Positions 62,198-64,000 of a DNA stretch of 64,000 bases are shown in pieces; the first letter of the stretch is position 1; the number at the start of each line of letters is the position of its first letter. The notes below the pieces were generated by a model. The model saw nothing but the letters and a program-made list of their open reading frames with translations. It was not told where the DNA came from and made no database searches. The DNA is taken from assembly GCF_011745625.1 (NCBI RefSeq), contig NW_027191477.1, positions 186,001-250,000 on the forward strand, read 5' to 3'. The stretch comes from Cladosporium halotolerans. Its lineage: Eukaryota. Made by a program: the position numbers and the translations under genes.

Positions 62198-62338
62198 GAT
62201 GGTAGCACTCCGTGTCCACGCTTCAGGCGCGAGATGCTTGGAATAGCATCTCGCGCTCCCGGATCCAAATTCGCTTCCTCACGCTACAGAGGCGATGGTA
62301 GCACTCCATGTCCACGCATCGCGCGCGAGATGCTTGGA
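62198..62338. repeat. 45-bp imperfect direct repeat (62198-62242 and 62294-62338)
   Basis: GATGGTAGCACTCCRTGTCCACGC..GCGCGAGATGCTTGGA occurs twice. Confidence 0.85.
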
Positions 62339-64000
62339 GCTAGGTGTGCCTCCGTCAACCGCAGCAGCGCGCCGCCCTTTCCCACCAACGTTGTTGGTTC
62401 CTCCCCTGCCACAGACTGTTGCATGAATGGCGGCCCCAATTTTCCTGCATCACGCTTGACACCCGAACTGTCACATCGCCGCTGGGCACAAATCTTGCGG
62501 CGTGCAGTTGGGCCTACGCGGCAGCCTGCCATTCAGAAGAGCACCGCAACAGCCTCAACTCTACATGCCCTCTTGACCTGCGATCCGCACTTTGCCGCCT
62601 CCTCACCGGCCGCGCAAGCGACTTCCTTTCCATTGCTGCTGTCTTGCCATGAAGATGCCGGTGGAAAGGATATCACCACCTTCGGGGCCGTCGTACAAGA
62701 GCAACACATGCCAGCGGCGAGACGGACGCTGGAACCTTTCGCCGCGGCGGCGGCGGCACTTTCGCGTCGGCCGTGGATACTGTGAGGACGACAAGGGCCC
62801 TTGGGGCTGCGCGACTGTTCGAGAAGTACTGGTGGCAGTGATGCGCACGGCAAGCATGCTCTTGGTTGCACGGCGTCTCTAATCACATCGCTGAAACATA
62901 ATAATAGCCAAACGAAACTCACCCATCAGTAGGATTGCGACACACGCTCAGCCAGACCGAGAAGGCGCGGGCGCCTCAGAGAAATCCGTGGTGGTAGTGC
63001 TGGCTTTGCCACATCCTCACCGTCGCCACCTCCCTTGCCAAAACCCCGCAGACCATCCTTCCCAGAGCCTGGCGCCTGAGTGACAGCTCGGACTTGGGAG
63101 GAGGTGTTGTGCTCGCAGCGGTGACAGGCCCCAAGGAAAGCGACACGGACGGATAGGTGAGGGAGAGGTCGGACGCGAGCAAGCTCCATCTCACTATTAG
63201 CAGAGTCTCATCAAGCAGGACGGGCCTACTGAGGGCATTCTGCCATTGTACGAAGCGTAGGAGTCCGCGGACTCTTGTAACTTGCAGCGTCGGTGGTTTC
63301 TGAACTTTGCAGGCAAACGACCAACCATGAAACCCTATACCCTAACCCTTATGCGCGTATCTAAAGGAGCCGAATACGAACTTCTAAATTCGATATCCGC
63401 TGCCCCGGCTCCCCGGCCACGCCTTGCATGGGTTTGTTCAGCATGAAAACCCGGCTATATTAAAGTCAGCATATACCGCATCGTCAAGCCCCGACGAGTC
63501 CGCTGGAAAACGCTTCCGCGGCTCGGACTGCTACGACCGCTGTTGCTGTGATTGCCGCGAGGGCGGCGATCATTGCTGTTGCGGCTGTCGTTGGCGGCTG
63601 TCGATGGCGGCTGTCGCGCGGAGTGGCGCGGAGCAAGTGCCAACTTGCTTCCAAGGTTGTGTTGGCAGCGCCAGCATTGCACGTACGTGCACTCGTGACC
63701 ACGCGCGCAAACACAGCATCGCTTCAACGTATTCATGTCGCGGCAGCGGAGACGGTGATGCAGGTTCATGGACGATATGGATATGGCTGAGCGTGACGAT
63801 GACTCCTTTCATGGGGACAATCCGGCCCTGCGCTTATCCGATGCCCCTCAATGGCGCCATCAAAACACATCGCGCGGCTCTGCCGAGACAAGAAGACGGG
63901 GCTTCGGCCATATGACCGCAACGCGGAATCAACAACATCCACCACACTTCAAGGCTTCACTCGCATACCGCGACCGGTCGGGAGTTTGCCACAATGTCGA

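Overview
Gene-dense eukaryotic DNA from a filamentous ascomycete. It has short GT-AG introns with CTRAC branch sites; a Dothideomycete-like origin is my impression and is not proven. About 20 protein genes can be modelled: GH76 and GH128 glycosidases, RPL42/L44, fimbrin, UBC4, a PGM-family mutase, glutaryl-CoA dehydrogenase, FEN1, ODC antizyme (+1 frameshift), the APSES regulator StuA behind a ~7.4 kb gene-free region, an NDR-family kinase, a full-size PDR ABC transporter, a Zn2Cys6 factor, a GPI-type protein, WDR5/Swd3, CSN3, a sphingolipid delta-8 desaturase, a NACHT-ankyrin NLR, and an MFS / RidA / D-aminoacylase trio. The strongest signal is a concentration of recoding candidates. Two otherwise intact genes (the PUK1/STK-21-like NDR kinase and the Zn2Cys6 factor) each carry one in-frame TAG where Trp (TGG) fits, and each TAG sits in a small hairpin loop. 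This is the pattern of restorative A-to-I mRNA editing, although RIP-type mutation or assembly error are alternatives. StuA has a probable CUG-initiated 101-aa N-terminal extension and a 1-nt frameshift. The NLR carries a HET-s-like amyloid motif with no adjacent effector gene. Gene models were read by eye and no database search was run.
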